Of a stretch of 64,000 nucleotides of DNA, positions 23,923-37,846 are shown one piece after another. The translations under genes were made by a program, and so were the position numbers. This DNA comes from Octopus sinensis (Eukaryota), in contig NC_043012.1 of assembly GCF_006345805.1 (NCBI RefSeq), positions 3,038,001-3,102,000 on the forward strand, written 5' to 3'. The number at the start of each line of letters is the position of its first letter. Position 1 is the first letter of the stretch. The notes under the pieces were generated by a model. That model had not been told where the DNA came from, made no database searches, and was given only the letters and a program-made list of their open reading frames with translations.

Positions 23923-24993
23923 GTAAGTGCTTTTTAACTGTGATCAGTTTTAGGCAGTTTTATGCCATCAGCTCACTGCCAACAGTTATCGAGGATAGAA
24001 CCAATGATAACGGTCCAAGAAGAAAATATTGCAAAATTGTGTTAATTTCTATTTGTCTGCACACCAGTTTTATATGACTGGGAGAGTTACTTATTTGGTC
24101 TATAATGTGCGTCAATCTTGCATGCTGATCATGGGGTCTGCAGTGTATGGCACCAGCACCACAACTTGCCACTGCCAAGTTATTGCCAATATTCAGCATT
24201 TAGCAGCCATGTCTCACAGCTATAGAGAACCACTGAGAAGACCAACCACAGGAAATTGTTTCTCATTGGTTAATTAACTAATGCTTACTGCATTAAATGT
24301 CTTAGCATTAACTGGGTGCTAACTCTGACAAGTTGACCCTAGCAGGAAAGTCAAGAGTACATTTCATAAGTGAAAATAGTAATTAAAATATTTTTACCAG
24401 TAAATAAATAGGCAAAATAGGATAAGTTAAAACAGCTATTGAAAATTAATCTGTAAAAGTATTTAATAAAATGTTTGAGTTTCATTTTACTAAAATCATC
24501 ATAATTATTTCATTTTCCCATGCTTACTTGAGTCAAAATTTGTTGAAGCAGATTTTATTCAGTTGGATACCTTTCCTTTGTCAACCCTTACCAGTTTCCA
24601 AGTAAGGGTAATATTTCCCCATGGCGACCTGATTTGTTTTCCATTTTCATAGAAAACTAACAGCATTGCTTGTATGATGATGATCATCATCATTTTCAAT
24701 CGTTACATGATGTCAAGACAAGGGTACATATACACAAAATGTGTGTGTGTATAATGATAGGTAGATAGATAGATAGATAGATAGACAGACAGTCATCTGT
24801 ATGTCAAATACCATGCAATAAAAATTTCTTGATGTATTAAGATTATGTCTGCCTCTAGAGGATGTGTTATAATTAATAAATAGCAATTATGACAGCTCCA
24901 CTTGAGAAAGGGAAATAATCCCATGATTCAAGACCTCTCCAAAACTGACATGCCATTAAGGAAAAGGACAGGATTATTATCTAAAGATAAGAG

Positions 24994-25053
24994 AGGACAG
25001 TCATGGACCCATGTTTTTGGCTCTGTAGCCGTCATCAGCTCAACAATTGTCCT
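24994..25053 (-). ncRNA. Degenerate type I hammerhead motif
   Basis: AGGACA..bulge..AG-CUGAUGA-C-GGCU-ACAG-AGCC-AAAAA-CAUG-GGUC-CAUG-AC-UGUCCU; GAAA and U16.1 altered. Confidence 0.45.
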
Positions 25054-25940
25054 AGCTTATATCTCCAGTAGCCGAAAGGACGTCGACATATACAAAAGAG
25101 TAGAAAACAGTTATAGCCTATGTAATAAACATAATTTAAACAACAAATAAGCGAAGAGAAATAACTTGAAGTGGCCAGGTACATGTATTTGAGTAACGTA
25201 GACAAATGCTGGTATGTCATATACCCTTACAATAAAAATTCTTGATATATACATACATACTTACATGCATGCTGTCATGTAAAAGGCACTGGTGCTGATT
25301 GTTTCATAATAAACACTGGTGTGGTGTCTCATAAAAAGCACCCAGTTAGGAAGGGTATCCGGCTGTAGAAATCATGCCAGAATAGACAAAGGAGCCTGGT
25401 ACAGCTCTCTAACCTACCAGCTCCTGTCAACCATCCAACCCATGCCAGCATGGAAAACAGACATTAAATGATGATGATACACACACACACACCAGGCTTC
25501 TTTCAGTTTTCATTCACCAAATCCATTCACAATGCTTAGCCTGGCCTGTGGCTATGGTAGAAGATGTGTGCCTAAGGTGCCAAGCTGTTGGACTGCAGCT
25601 AAGACCTCATGGTTGGGAAGCAAGCCACTTCACCACACAACCAAAACTTTTACATTCATTCTTCTTAGCCATGCTGACTTAGTTTGTTTCTGCAAATACA
25701 GGTGTTTACACTGAATTTAAGAATCCAACTGGCCAAGACAAGTGGGTGTTATGTGCTTTACCTAAGGGGCACAAAACATTTCTTGATAAAGAATTTGAAT
25801 CCATGATTCTTTGGAGTTATCTCTTACCTTTTACTTGTTTCAGTCATTGGACTGTGGCCATGCTGGGGCACCACTTTGAAAGGCCTTTATTTAATTAAAT
25901 GAATCCCAGTACTTTTTTTTAAAACCTGGCACTTATTCTT

Positions 25941-26170
25941 ATTTCTTTATTACCCACAAGGGGCTAAACATAGAGGGGACAAGCAAGGACAGACAAAGAG
26001 ATTAAGTCGATTACATCGACCCCAGTGCATAACTGGTACTTAATTTATCGACCCCGAAAGGATGAGAGGCAAAGTCAACCTCAGCGGAATTTGAACTCAG
26101 AATGCAACGGCAGACGAAATACCGTTAAGTATTTCGCCCGGCATGCTAACGTTTTTGCCAGCTTGCCGCC
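25941..26170 (-). mobile_element. SINE family B
   Basis: Reverse complement of 19732 copy. Confidence 0.85.
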
Positions 26171-26779
26171 TTTTTACTGAAACAATGTGAAATGAAGTGT
26201 TTTGCTCAAGAACACAACGCGTGGCCCAGTCCAGGTATCAAAACCACAATCTTACGATCATGGTGCTGACACCCTAACCACTAAGCCATATACCTCCACA
26301 AACCTGGTACTTATTCTATCAATCTCTTTTGCTGAACTGCTAAGTTACAAGGACATACTTATACATAATCACACACACACAATAGGCTTCTTTCAGTTAC
26401 TGTCTACCAAATCCATTCACAAGGTTTTGGTTGGCCCAGGGTTATAGTAGAAGACACTCAGCAAAGGTGCCATGCAGTGAGACTGAACCCAGATCCATGT
26501 GATTGGGAAGCAAGCTTCTTACCACACAGCTACTCCTTCACAAACATGTGAGATTAATGAAGAAACTGAAAAACCAATATTTTTGAATACAGATGACCTA
26601 TTTTGTCATTTGTCCTAGCTTAGACAATTCCTTTTTAATTTTATTATCAGAAATACAATGGAACCAGCAATTGGTCTATTGGAAATCTGAAGCCAATAAC
26701 AAAGTTGTTCATCCTTCTGTCCCTCCATCTTCTCTGCCTACCTATTCCTGAGAGGCTCATGAGAGTAAAGTCCTTAAGC

Positions 26780-27070
26780 ACCCCATCCTTGGGGTTCTAT
26801 CAGAAGCCATCATCATTACGTTTCCCTGCTGGATTCCTGGGTATGGCCTACTAAGGCTATGGATATTATCCACCATCTCATTCTTGGTCTACCCCTAGGT
26901 CACCTGCCAGTTGGCCTGGCTTGGCTTGAAGAGTTTGTTTTGTGATCTTACCCTGCAACATCCTTATTACATGTCTGTTGTATAGCGTTGTGATCTCTCA
27001 ATGCAGAGAAGTAGTGACTGAACCTGGAGAGTCTCCTTGGTCTCCGAGCTGTGCACACCAAGTAACTTTA
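26780..27070 (-). mobile_element. Degenerate RTE-clade LINE 3' fragment
   Basis: HVIRM and GRPRMRW remnants. Confidence 0.55.
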
Positions 27071-27705
27071 CTCCCAGAATTCCTTTAGAGAAACCTTATT
27101 TTGGCCACTTGAGTTCAGGATTGTACTTTTGCATTCATTACCCATCATTCATACAAATGTTCATCAAATGCAATCTTAACTAAATAAATAGACTAGCTCA
27201 AACTAGATATTTGGTTTTCTTTTTCAAATATTTGTTAATTTAATGAGGTGAACAGTGCCATCTGTACCTTTTCCAGAAGTTCTTCCTCATGAGGAAGAAT
27301 AACTGGGTTGTAACTAGAAAAAATAATGGTTAAACTGGGGTAAGTAATTCCAAAATAGGAGGGTTGAGCAAAGTGGTTAATACACTGACTAGAAGAAGAG
27401 ATTTCAGGTGTGATAAAGAGATAGCAAGCAGATACATCAAATGGGTTTCCTTGTAATGTTTTTCCTATTAGTCTGTAAAGGAGGGGCAGAGCTCATAAAC
27501 TGTTATGTTTTTATAAGCCCCCTTATATTGTAAGATAAGAATAGCTGTAACCAAGCAAGCTTATTTGTTCACTAATTACAATGTAAAATTGATTTTAAAA
27601 AGGAATCTGCCCATAGAAAACTATGCCCAACTTATTCTCATTTGACAAATCAAGCGTAGAAAAGTAGGTGTTGATATTATAATAATGATGATGATGATAA
27701 TAATA

Positions 27706-27919
27706 ATTTTGTCTACTATAGGCACAAGTCCTGGAATTTTGGGTGCGGGGCTAGTCGATTACATCGACCCCCAGTACTCAACTGGTACTTATTTTATTGA
27801 TCCTGGAAAGATGAAAGGCAAAGTTGACTTCAGCAGAATTTCAACTTAGCACATAAAGCTGAAAGAAATGCTGCTAAACATCTTATCTGGTCTACTAACA
27901 ATTCTGCTAACTTGCCACC
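27706..27919 (-). mobile_element. SINE family B
   Basis: Homology; head-to-head with 28052 copy. Confidence 0.75.
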
Positions 27920-27920
27920 T

Positions 27921-27921
27921 A

Positions 27922-27967
<46 letters not shown>

Positions 27968-28017
27968 GTTATTATTATTATTATTATTATTAGGCAGACG
28001 CTAAACGATGATGAATG

Positions 28018-28050
<33 letters not shown>
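27921..28050. repeat. (ATT)n microsatellite
   Basis: Direct reading. Confidence 0.95.
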
Positions 28051-28051
<1 letters not shown>

Positions 28052-28265
28052 GGCAGCGAGCTGGCAGAATTGTTAGCATGCTGAGCAAAATGCTTAGCAA
28101 TATTTCATCTACTGCTACGTTCTGAGTTCAAATTCCGTCAAGGTTGACTTTGGTTTTCATCCTTTTGGGGTCAATAAATTAAGTGCCAGTTGTGTACTGG
28201 GGTCGATCTAATCGACTACCCCCCTCCCCCCAAAATTTCAGGCCTTGTGCCTATAGTAGAAAGAA
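28052..28265 (+). mobile_element. SINE family B with (ATT)n tail
   Basis: Homology. Confidence 0.8.
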
Positions 28266-30972
28266 TTATTATTATTATTATTATGGTTTATAAGACAAAA
28301 AATCTCGAATGCATTCACATCCAAATTTTTCTGTAGAATGTCAAGTATGGCTACATTATATAGCACTATGTTCTGGTTTTGTTAACTCATTATCAACTTC
28401 CATGCAATGTCTCAGATATGCTAACAAAACACATCTACCCTGGTATCAGTAATGTCACAAAAGTTCACCCAGGTAATTCTTAAGAAAACGTTCTGCTTAT
28501 TAAAAAGCTGTGGGTTTTTAAGGTCAGCTTGTTGTGTTTGCATCTCAAAAGTGTAAACTTATCCTCCTATATCAGTAATGAATTTTAATTAAGATTACAA
28601 AACTGAAATGAAAATAAAACCTTGACAAGAAACAACAGACTAAATAAACACACGTGCACACACGCATTAACGCCTCAGTAAATTCAGCTTCACACTATTT
28701 TTCATTTATTTTTCTATAATGGATTTTATCCGGAACAAACAGTGATGTCATATCAACCTGCACCAATGGGATGCTCACTCCTCATCACGAGGATTTTGAA
28801 TATTCATTTTTGTTTTTCTTAATCTGTCTGTTTTGTTTTGTTTTGTTTCTTCTTCTTCTTGTCTTTAATGCATTTTAAAAAAGCTGCCTTCCTATAAAGA
28901 CTACATGTAAAAACCGTCAAAGCTCATATTTCATGTTTCAGCAGAATCCTGCTGCTATCAACAACATGTATTACGATTTGAAGTAGTAGATTCCAGAATA
29001 ATATACAGAATATAAGAATTGTACTCACACACACACACACACACACACATGCACGCACATTAATAGAAATGTGTTCAAATAAGAATCTCTTTGTTTCAGC
29101 AACTTTATTTCCTTCTTCTTTTGTTTGTTGAAGTCATCATAGCAAAGGCCATTCTGGAGCTCCTCTTTTGTGGTTGGCCAGTACTGCTCAGAATTTTACA
29201 CGCTAACCCCTTTGTAACCATATTTGTGCTGGATTGCATTGTTGTTTCGGTTAATTCTTAAAATAGTGAAGAATTTAGCAAAATAAGCTAGTCGTTAGGA
29301 AGCCGGTGTTTGAAACATAGATTAAATATGAAATTTTGATAGAAAGTTTAGATTCAGATTACTTTAATCCTTTAGCATGTAAATCAGCCAGATCTGGCCT
29401 CTCACACCTAACCACAATGTTACTCTAAAAATAAATAATCACATCATTGAAGTCTTGAAGCTATGAGACAGTTGCATGATTAATTCAAAGCAATGTGAAT
29501 AAATAAGCATTTGACATAGTCATCTGAAGCAGGTTGGTATCACAAGAGTTGAGCGGGTAAAGGATAGAAACTCTTGCTCTTTTACTCAGAAGCGGAACAA
29601 AAGTGGGGGATAGCAGAGGAAAGGGTAGTTTCCCCCAAGATACAAGATATAAGTAGTACAAAATTTCAACTGTCCTGCTGTGTCTATTACTTAAAGTAGA
29701 GGAAAGTGAGATAGCCAAAAGTGTCTTTACCCCATGTACGGAAAAACCCTTACTATGACACTGTTGCTCTTTTGCTTTTCAGCCATTCTGTTGTGGTCTT
29801 GTTGATGCACTGTCATGAAAGTTTCCAATGAACCATTGTAGCTCTCTTGCATTTAGAGTATCGAAATCTCAGACATGTTCTGCTGAACTAGCTTTGTAAA
29901 TCATTTTGCAAAGGACTTTGCATTGTTATATATGAGTCTAAAGCAGTGAACTGGCAGAACTGTAAGCACACTGGACAAAACGCTTAATGGTGTTTCATCC
30001 ATTTGTACATTCTGGAGTTCAAATCTCACCAGTGCTGGTGCCATGTGAAAAGCACCCAATCCAATCTGTAAAGTGGTTGGTGTTAGGAAGGGCATCCAGC
30101 TGTTAAAACCATGCTTAAACAGACAGTGGCTCTTGGTGCAGTCCTCCAACTTGCCAGCTCCTGTCAAGCTGTCCAACCCATGCCAGCATGGAAAGCAGAC
30201 ATTAAATGATGATGCTGTTCCTTTTATCCTTTCAGGGTCAATAAAATAAGTTCCAGTCAAATACTGGGGATTGATATAATCAGCTTCCCCTTCCCCTCAA
30301 AAACTGCTGGCCCTCTTTCAAAGTTTGAAATCGTTATATATGAATCTAGTAATTTTTGATATTTTTAATGAATTTTTAGAACAATTGCTTTTTTTTTTCC
30401 CTCTCCCTTATTCATTGCCTCTCAAGATACATTCGATTAGTTGACAAAAATGAATATGTTAATCAGGCTATGAATCCATTCTCTCACTTCCTTAGTATGT
30501 AAATTTCTGAGAGAAAAGTAATGGGCCAGTGAATCATTATGATTACAAAACCAAATACAAACATTGAAAGCAAATTAATTAATTGAAATCTTTGCAATAA
30601 CAATGAATATGCAGTTGCTGTTACAAAAAGTCATATGTTTAATAAATATATCTTTAGTGTCACTGTGAAATGATGCCATGGTGTTTCCATCAGCTTGGAA
30701 TAAGAATTGAACTGACTTGTTTCATCTTTCATATGATTCATCAGAAACTGCTTACTTCAGTCTTCCAAGCTGCTGAAAGAAAGTAGCATAGAACTAAGAC
30801 ACGGTTGGGTGGTTAAGGAGCTTGCTTCTCAACCATGTTGTTTAGGGTTCAGTCCCACTGTGTAGTATCTTCGGTAAGTGTCTTCTACTAAAACCCCAGG
30901 CTGACCTAAGCATTGTGAGTGGATTTAGTAAATAGAAACTGAAAGAAGCCCATTGTATATGTGTGTGCGTAT

Positions 30973-31360
30973 CTGGGCCAGATTAAGACCCATAGAAGCC
31001 CTAGGCACTTGAAAGATTTTGGTGCCCCCATATATAGATGTAATTCAAAATGTAAACAATAATAAATCATAAAATAAATTTTTATTCTTCAAAATGAAAC
31101 AAAAGTAATTTTTATTTTTGTCCAGTTCCACTTTATTTATATTTGAAAAGTTTTTTCCTACTTTTGTTAATTGCAGTCTGTAATCAGATCCCCAAAATTA
31201 TTTGTACGTAACACATCTGCTAAGACATCCCCAAATATTATTTCAGCAAGTTTAAAGTGATTTCTTTTGTGCCGTAAACCATTTACCATTTCTGTTGTGC
31301 CCCCTTCCTTCAATGCCCTAAGCACATGCTTATTTTGCTTAATGGTTAATCCAGCACTTG
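30973..31360. mobile_element. Degenerate hAT-like MITE
   Basis: CTGGGCCAGATTAA...TTAATCCAGCACTT imperfect TIRs; no TSD seen. Confidence 0.4.
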
Positions 31361-31367
31361 TACAATA

Positions 31368-31765
31368 GGCGCAGGAGTGGCTGTGTGGTAAGTAGCTTGC
31401 TTACCAACCACATGGTTCCGGATTCGGTCCCACTGCGTGGCACCTTGGGCAAGTATCTTCTACTATAGCCTCGGGCTGACCAAAAGCTTTGTGAGTGGAT
31501 TTGGTAGACGGAAACTGAAAGAAGCCCGTCATATATATGTATATATATGTATGTGCGTGTATCTTTGTGTGTCTGTGTTTGTCCCCCCAACATCGCTTGA
31601 CAACCGATGCTGGTGTGTTTATGTCCCCCGTAACTTAGCGGTTTGGCAAAAGAGACCGATAGAATAAGTACTGGGCTTACAAAGAATAAGTCCCGGGGTC
31701 GAGTTGCTCGATATAAGGCGGTGCTCCAGCATGGCCACAGTCAAAATGACTGAAACAAGTAAAAA
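31368..31765 (+). mobile_element. SINE family A, full length (tRNA head, internal TA/TG microsatellite, CR1/L2-type tail)
   Basis: TGGCTGTGTGGTAAG A-box, GGATTCGGTCCC B-box region; near-identical copies elsewhere in window. Confidence 0.85.
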
Positions 31766-32462
31766 AAAAAAAATGCATGTTTGTGTGTATTTGTTTGTGT
31801 TACTTTGTCTTGACATTTTACAATAGTTGTAAGCAAGCATTGCTATCATACAAATAGTGTCCTTCATTTCCAATCTTCCATTAAACCATGTCCTGCCATT
31901 AAGAAATATTACCTTATTTTAAAACAGGTGAGGTTCGGGAGTGGGAAGGGCATCCTGATGTAGAAAAAAATCTACATCAACACACTCCTTCTGACCCATG
32001 CCAGCACAGAAAAGCGAACATTAAAGCAAAAACAACTACAATGATTGTGTGTAGCTACTATGTCTTACACATTCAAGTCAAGCTGTATGAAGTACTCTAG
32101 TTATTTGAAACCTTTCAAAGTATAACTATTCAAAAAGCATTAACCTTCTCAAAACAGCTTGACCTCATCTCTAAATACTTCTTGGAATGTTCTACTCTAA
32201 AGCTATGGTCATAATCCTCCCCTTTGTTTCTGATTTGTAATGTTTTGCTTCATGAACAATTCTTATTTTCTATTGTTGTATTTCCTTGCAAGTTCAGTCA
32301 GTTTAAATGTAAAATTTGTTCTTGTTTTTCTTCTTAAGGAAAATGAAGCTGGTTGAGAATATATTATTTCATAATTCATCAGAAGTTTATTTTCCATTAT
32401 GTGTTCTCTATTTGGAACACCATCACCAACAATAGCAATATTATTGTTCTTGTATAAGGCTG

Positions 32463-32500
<38 letters not shown>

Positions 32501-32526
32501 GTATATATATATATATATATACTCTC

Positions 32527-32921
32527 TTTTACTCTCTCTCTTTTACTTGTTTCAGTCAGTTGACTGCTGCCATGCTGGAGCACCGCCTTTAGTCAAGCAA
32601 CTTGACCCCGGGACTTATTCTTTGTAAGCCCAGTGCTTATTCTATCGGTCTCTTTTGCCGAACCACTAAGTGACGGGGACATAAACACACCAGCATCGGT
32701 TGTCAAGCAATGTTAGGGAGACAAACACAGACACACAAACACACACGCACACATACATATACATATATACATATATACGACGGGCTTCTTTCAGTTTCCG
32801 TCTACCAAATCCACTCACAAGGCTTTGGTCGGCCCGAGGCTATAGTAGAAGACACTTGCCCAAGGTGCCACATCGTGGGACTGAACCCAGAACCATGTGG
32901 TTGGTAAGCAAGCTACTTACC
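32527..32921 (-). mobile_element. SINE family A, slightly 5'-truncated
   Basis: Reverse complement of 31368 copy. Confidence 0.85.
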
Positions 32922-33717
32922 CATAATATCATTGTATTTTCTATATAAACCAACAACAATAACAAAAGCAATATTAAGAAACCTCAACTTATTTATAGTC
33001 TCATCTATGCTTAAATCTTTATTTTATTCTATTCTGCTTCCTCTAGCTGATTTTAAAAAATAATTTTTCTGTTTCGAATTAAGAACTTATGATATTTGAA
33101 ATTTTGAATTAGTCTACAGCTGGAAACTTTTCAATACTATTAAAAATAACATGAGTTATTAATTACCATTTCAATTTATGTTTAATTACTGTATTGCATT
33201 TCTCTTCATGATCACATACATAGCACTGCTCGTGCAGTTTAGCTCACTCCGCTTGCATAAATTACATTAATTTCTCCATTATATACCGAAAGGCTCTGCT
33301 CCCTCTTTAAACTTTTATATTTGTTTAACACAGTAAGAAATTTGATCTGCCTCTCTATCTCTACTAATGAATCTACCTACTAACTAAAGTCGAGAGCAGA
33401 TATGATTACTTTAACATATTTTCCCAACTGCTCTGAATAAAAACAGCTGTAGTCTGAAAACTATACAAGATTTATAATATAAATAGTTGTCAACTAATAA
33501 CACCAGTTTTCACATTCATTGACATATTTTGCTGTTTATTTGATATTTCTTTACATCAATCAGCTTATGATATAGCCATGAAATTGCTCCATTTATACTC
33601 TCAAAAAAAATATAAAGGAACTTTTTTTTTTGTCAGTTATGTTTCAGTGTTAAGTATGCATACTTAATACTAAATTTGCAGTCAAAATAAACCTGTCTGC
33701 CTCATTCTAAATGAATA

Positions 33718-33764
33718 AGTGGTGTGTGTGTGTGTGCGTGTGTGTGTTTGCATGCATGCATACA

Positions 33765-33853
<89 letters not shown>

Positions 33854-34075
33854 TATGAGTGTGTGCACATGTGCGTGCAAACATGCATGTGTGTATATAT
33901 GATGTAGATATACGTATGTATGTATTTTATATGCATATATATATATGTATATATGTGTGTGCATTAAATGTATATATATCTATACGTGTGTGTGTATTAT
34001 ATGTATATATATATATCTATATCAGTGTGTGTGCATATATGTATGTTTATGTGTGTGTGTGTAAACACATACACA
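33718..34075. repeat. (GT)n-(CT)n-(TA/TG) compound microsatellite
   Basis: Direct reading. Confidence 0.95.
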
Positions 34076-34349
34076 AACACACAGTTGGTTAAACTGTTTT
34101 TCTTACCTACTGAAGAAGATTTACATTGGTTTATATTATCATGCATCAGTGGGTTGGTTCACTAAGATATACAAATGTACAGTAATCTTGATAACTTGGC
34201 AGACAACTGGATACTGTTTATCATGTGTTACCAAAAGATTTCTCACAGAAGCTCGACACTGACTGTCATAGAGGAATTGGCTAACTACCATTTACCAATC
34301 AAGATCTTTAGCATGCTTGAATATCAAATTTAACAATTATTCAAGTTAT

Positions 34350-34396
34350 GTGATAACGTGTGTGCATGCACATGTATGTGTGCGTGTATGTGTGTG

Positions 34397-34443
<47 letters not shown>

Positions 34444-34560
34444 GTGTGTGTGTATGTATATATATATATGTACACACAGATATATATATATCTGTGTGTG
34501 TGTGTATGTATATATATACACACACAGATATATATATATATATGTGTGTGTATATATATC

Positions 34561-34598
<38 letters not shown>

Positions 34599-34640
34599 GA
34601 TATATATATATATATATATGTAGAGAGAGAGAGATCTGTC

Positions 34641-34705
<65 letters not shown>
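34350..34705. repeat. Compound TA/TG/CA microsatellite
   Basis: Direct reading. Confidence 0.95.
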
Positions 34706-34707
<2 letters not shown>

Positions 34708-35259
34708 CTTTCTAGTTAAAAAAAGATTCAGGTAAAAATCTTGTAGAATACTATGCAAAGCTTATTCACAGATGTTGGCTACCTGATGTCCTCATACAGT
34801 GATGTGACAGACACTGAGCATGCATTATAACACTGAGTGAAATGACAAGAGGATCTAACAAAGGACTAAACAATCCCCTAAGGAAGTACACTTTACACCT
34901 TGGATGTATGATAATGATTACACAATACCTCACCAATGAATTAAAGGTGTGAAAATGTGTTGAAACAATTGTAGCGATTTTAAATAATGAATGCCATTCA
35001 TTCCATTTTCTAACATTTATCTATATATCTTTTTACGTATTCTTTGTCTGGCTTCAGTCTGTAAACTGTGACTATGCTGCGGTAGCTCTTACAAGGTTTT
35101 TTGTATTTTTTTAGTAAAGTATATTGGCCCTAGTACGTAGTCTGGTAGCTATTTTATCAACTTCTATTAAATAACTGAGTTTAATTTTGAGTTACATCCA
35201 TTTTTAGGGTCTTATGTACCTGAGAATTTGTAGTGTTTACTTTGAGAAATCACTTCATG

Positions 35260-35520
35260 AGATTCATACACACGCATACATCCCCCCCCCAACACACACA
35301 CACACTTTCTCACATACACAATCTCGCACACATACACATTCTCTCAAGCACAAACACTTACATGCTCTCTCTCACACCCACTCACTCACACACACATGCA
35401 CTCACACACTCTCTCTCATGCACAAACGCTCACACACTCTCCCATACACACACTTTCACAGACATACACAGAATGCACACAAACACACACTCACATAAAT
35501 ATACACATACAGGCAACACA
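35260..35520. repeat. Degenerate (CA)/(CT) array
   Basis: Direct reading. Confidence 0.85.
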
Positions 35521-36986
35521 CATTTGCACAGCTTCTTTCTACCAAATTTAATTCACAAGGCTTGGCTCAACTATATCAGCCGTTTCACATACCAGACTAC
35601 CATTTTTTATTCTCTCTTAGCTCATAGCATTTCCAGGTTATTGTGGTTTGTATATGTTTGCTGTTGTTATATAATAACACCAGTGCATCAGTGGAAAATA
35701 AACTCTGTAAGAAGCTGTTGGCAACATTCAAAATCTGAAGGTTCCACATCAGTTTGTAGAATATGGTCTCTGTTTACAACAATAGATGTGACACTCACAT
35801 CTGCCGGTCAGCTGCTATGAAATATCAAATCAATTAGATTTTCTCTGAGGAGATGTTTCATTAGAGTAGATTACCAATATTCCTTATTGTTTCAGGTGTA
35901 TGCAGTCTCTTTTGTTTTTTTTCTAAAAAAAAGGATATTTGTGGGTGCTGTTATGGCCATGTGATTAAGCACTGGTTCTCAATATTTTGAAATTGTGTCC
36001 CCTTTAACCAAATAGTGTTTTACAAATGCCCCCTTTTCTAAAGGAAAAAGCAAAATAGAAGAATAAAAAAAAGCCCCATTATTTTAATTAGATAGCAGTT
36101 AATTTTTCAGAGTGGTTAATTATCTTTAGTTCCTTACATTCTGCTATCCAGTTTATTCCTCTGTTTAAGTATTGGTATGGACATTGTGTCCTCCCACCCC
36201 CAATATTAAATTTTTATGGAAATTGCTAAAAAAAACAAGGACTATATAATAATATTTTATTGGGCTTTGATGCAACATCAGTCATTTTCCTGCACAAGGT
36301 CCCACATACATTCAAATCCTGAAAAAAATTTTTTTTGAAAATACATTTAAAATATAAGTTTTCTATTAAAATAAGCAGATTATTTGATCCTGATATCACT
36401 GATTTAAATGCTAAAGGGTTAAAGTTGTGATTTAAGAGGGAAATTTGGCTGCTATTTCTAACTGGGAGGGTAACTGATCCCATAGACAATTTCATCACTG
36501 GCTTAGCAATATATTGATAGAATCATATGCTATGTATTGGAAATCTTCCTGTTCTGGTTTTTTTTGTTATATTTTTTAGTCATTTTGCTAATTTTAGGAA
36601 TCCATCATCTGTTGCACTTCCCTCTTTGAAAATCCAAGACTTTAAGGTTATACAAACACGTGGTTATTTAACCATTTCTTTAAGCACTAATTGTAGATGC
36701 CTAATTGGGTTTCTGCACCAGCTGATCATATATATATATGTTTTCCTTAATGCTAATATCTGATGTGGAGTGTGTCTGTGATTTTTTAATCACTTTTTTT
36801 TTTTACACAGTGGGGAGACAGGCTGGGAAGTTATAGTGTCAAACCTGAAAATATACTGCCATATGTTTTAACTAAAGTATTAACAGACATCACCTGACTT
36901 TGTACTGCAAATCTGGTCATTCAATAGAAAGTAGCAACAGTTTGAATTTCTTATGGTTATCACAGAATTACTGTTCTGATTGAACT

Positions 36987-37027
<41 letters not shown>
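36987..37027. repeat. (GTA)n microsatellite
   Basis: Direct reading. Confidence 0.95.
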
Positions 37028-37628
37028 TGTTGCTGCAAATCTATGATGAAAGATAGTGTGAGCAGGAACTGCACAGAAACTCCATCAGATGCTCCATATC
37101 ATGTTCTTGGCTCTTGGGCTCAAGCTATAACCCATTTTGCACAACCACCTGCAAGCATTCAGGCCTGGTCCTCTGTCCCTACTGCTCTCAAAAATCCTGT
37201 AAAAGTTTATGGGCATTGTCCGTCTACCTCTGATTAAGTGATAAAATATATACATGCATATATATATATATATATATCTTACCCTGTTCAGGCTATATTA
37301 TTAGTATTATCCTACGTTTGAGAATTTAAAATCACTTCGTTAACTTTCTAAGACATCTCAATGCTTCTAAAGCAAACTTTGTTTGTTTGTTTATGTTCAT
37401 CGTAATTTGGATTTATATATATATATATATATGTGTTTGTATATACAAAAAATAAAGCATGACTGTGGGCTGAACCAGTCATATCCAGCTTCTCGCACCT
37501 ACCCTACAATGTCATTCTAAAAATAATCAATGACATCATTGAAATCTCAAAGCTACAAGACAATACATGATTAATTCAAAACTGAATAAATAAACATTAC
37601 ATTTGACAGAATAATCTGAATGCTAAAG

Positions 37629-37846
37629 ATGGCAAGCTGGCAGAAATGTTAGCACACCGAGCGAAATGCTTAGCAGTATTTCGTCTGCCGTTGCGTTCTG
37701 AGTTCAAATTCCACCAAGGTTGACTTTGCCTTTCATCCTTTCGGGGTCGATAAATTAAGTACCAGTCTCGCACTGGGGTTGATGTAATCTTTATCTTTGT
37801 TTGTCCCCTCTATGTTTAGCCCGTTGTGGGTAATAAAGAAATAAGA
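37629..37846 (+). mobile_element. SINE family B inserted in a piggyBac-MITE end
   Basis: 12-bp TSD AATCTGAATGCT (37613-37624, 37849-37860). Confidence 0.85.

Noticed and set aside
24902-25150. 82-aa ORF (MRKGNNPMIQ...)
   Set aside because: Antisense to the hammerhead-like unit; no domain or splice support.
27277-27339. AG...GTAAGT-bounded exon-like segment (also 12873-13070)
   Set aside because: Stops in all frames checked; could only be UTR exons, which cannot be supported here.
30719-30748. Minus-strand GUUU-CUGAUGA-AUCAUAU-GAAA-GA-UG-AAAC
   Set aside because: 2-bp helix II, non-palindromic helix III and G at position 17; expected by chance in AT-rich DNA.
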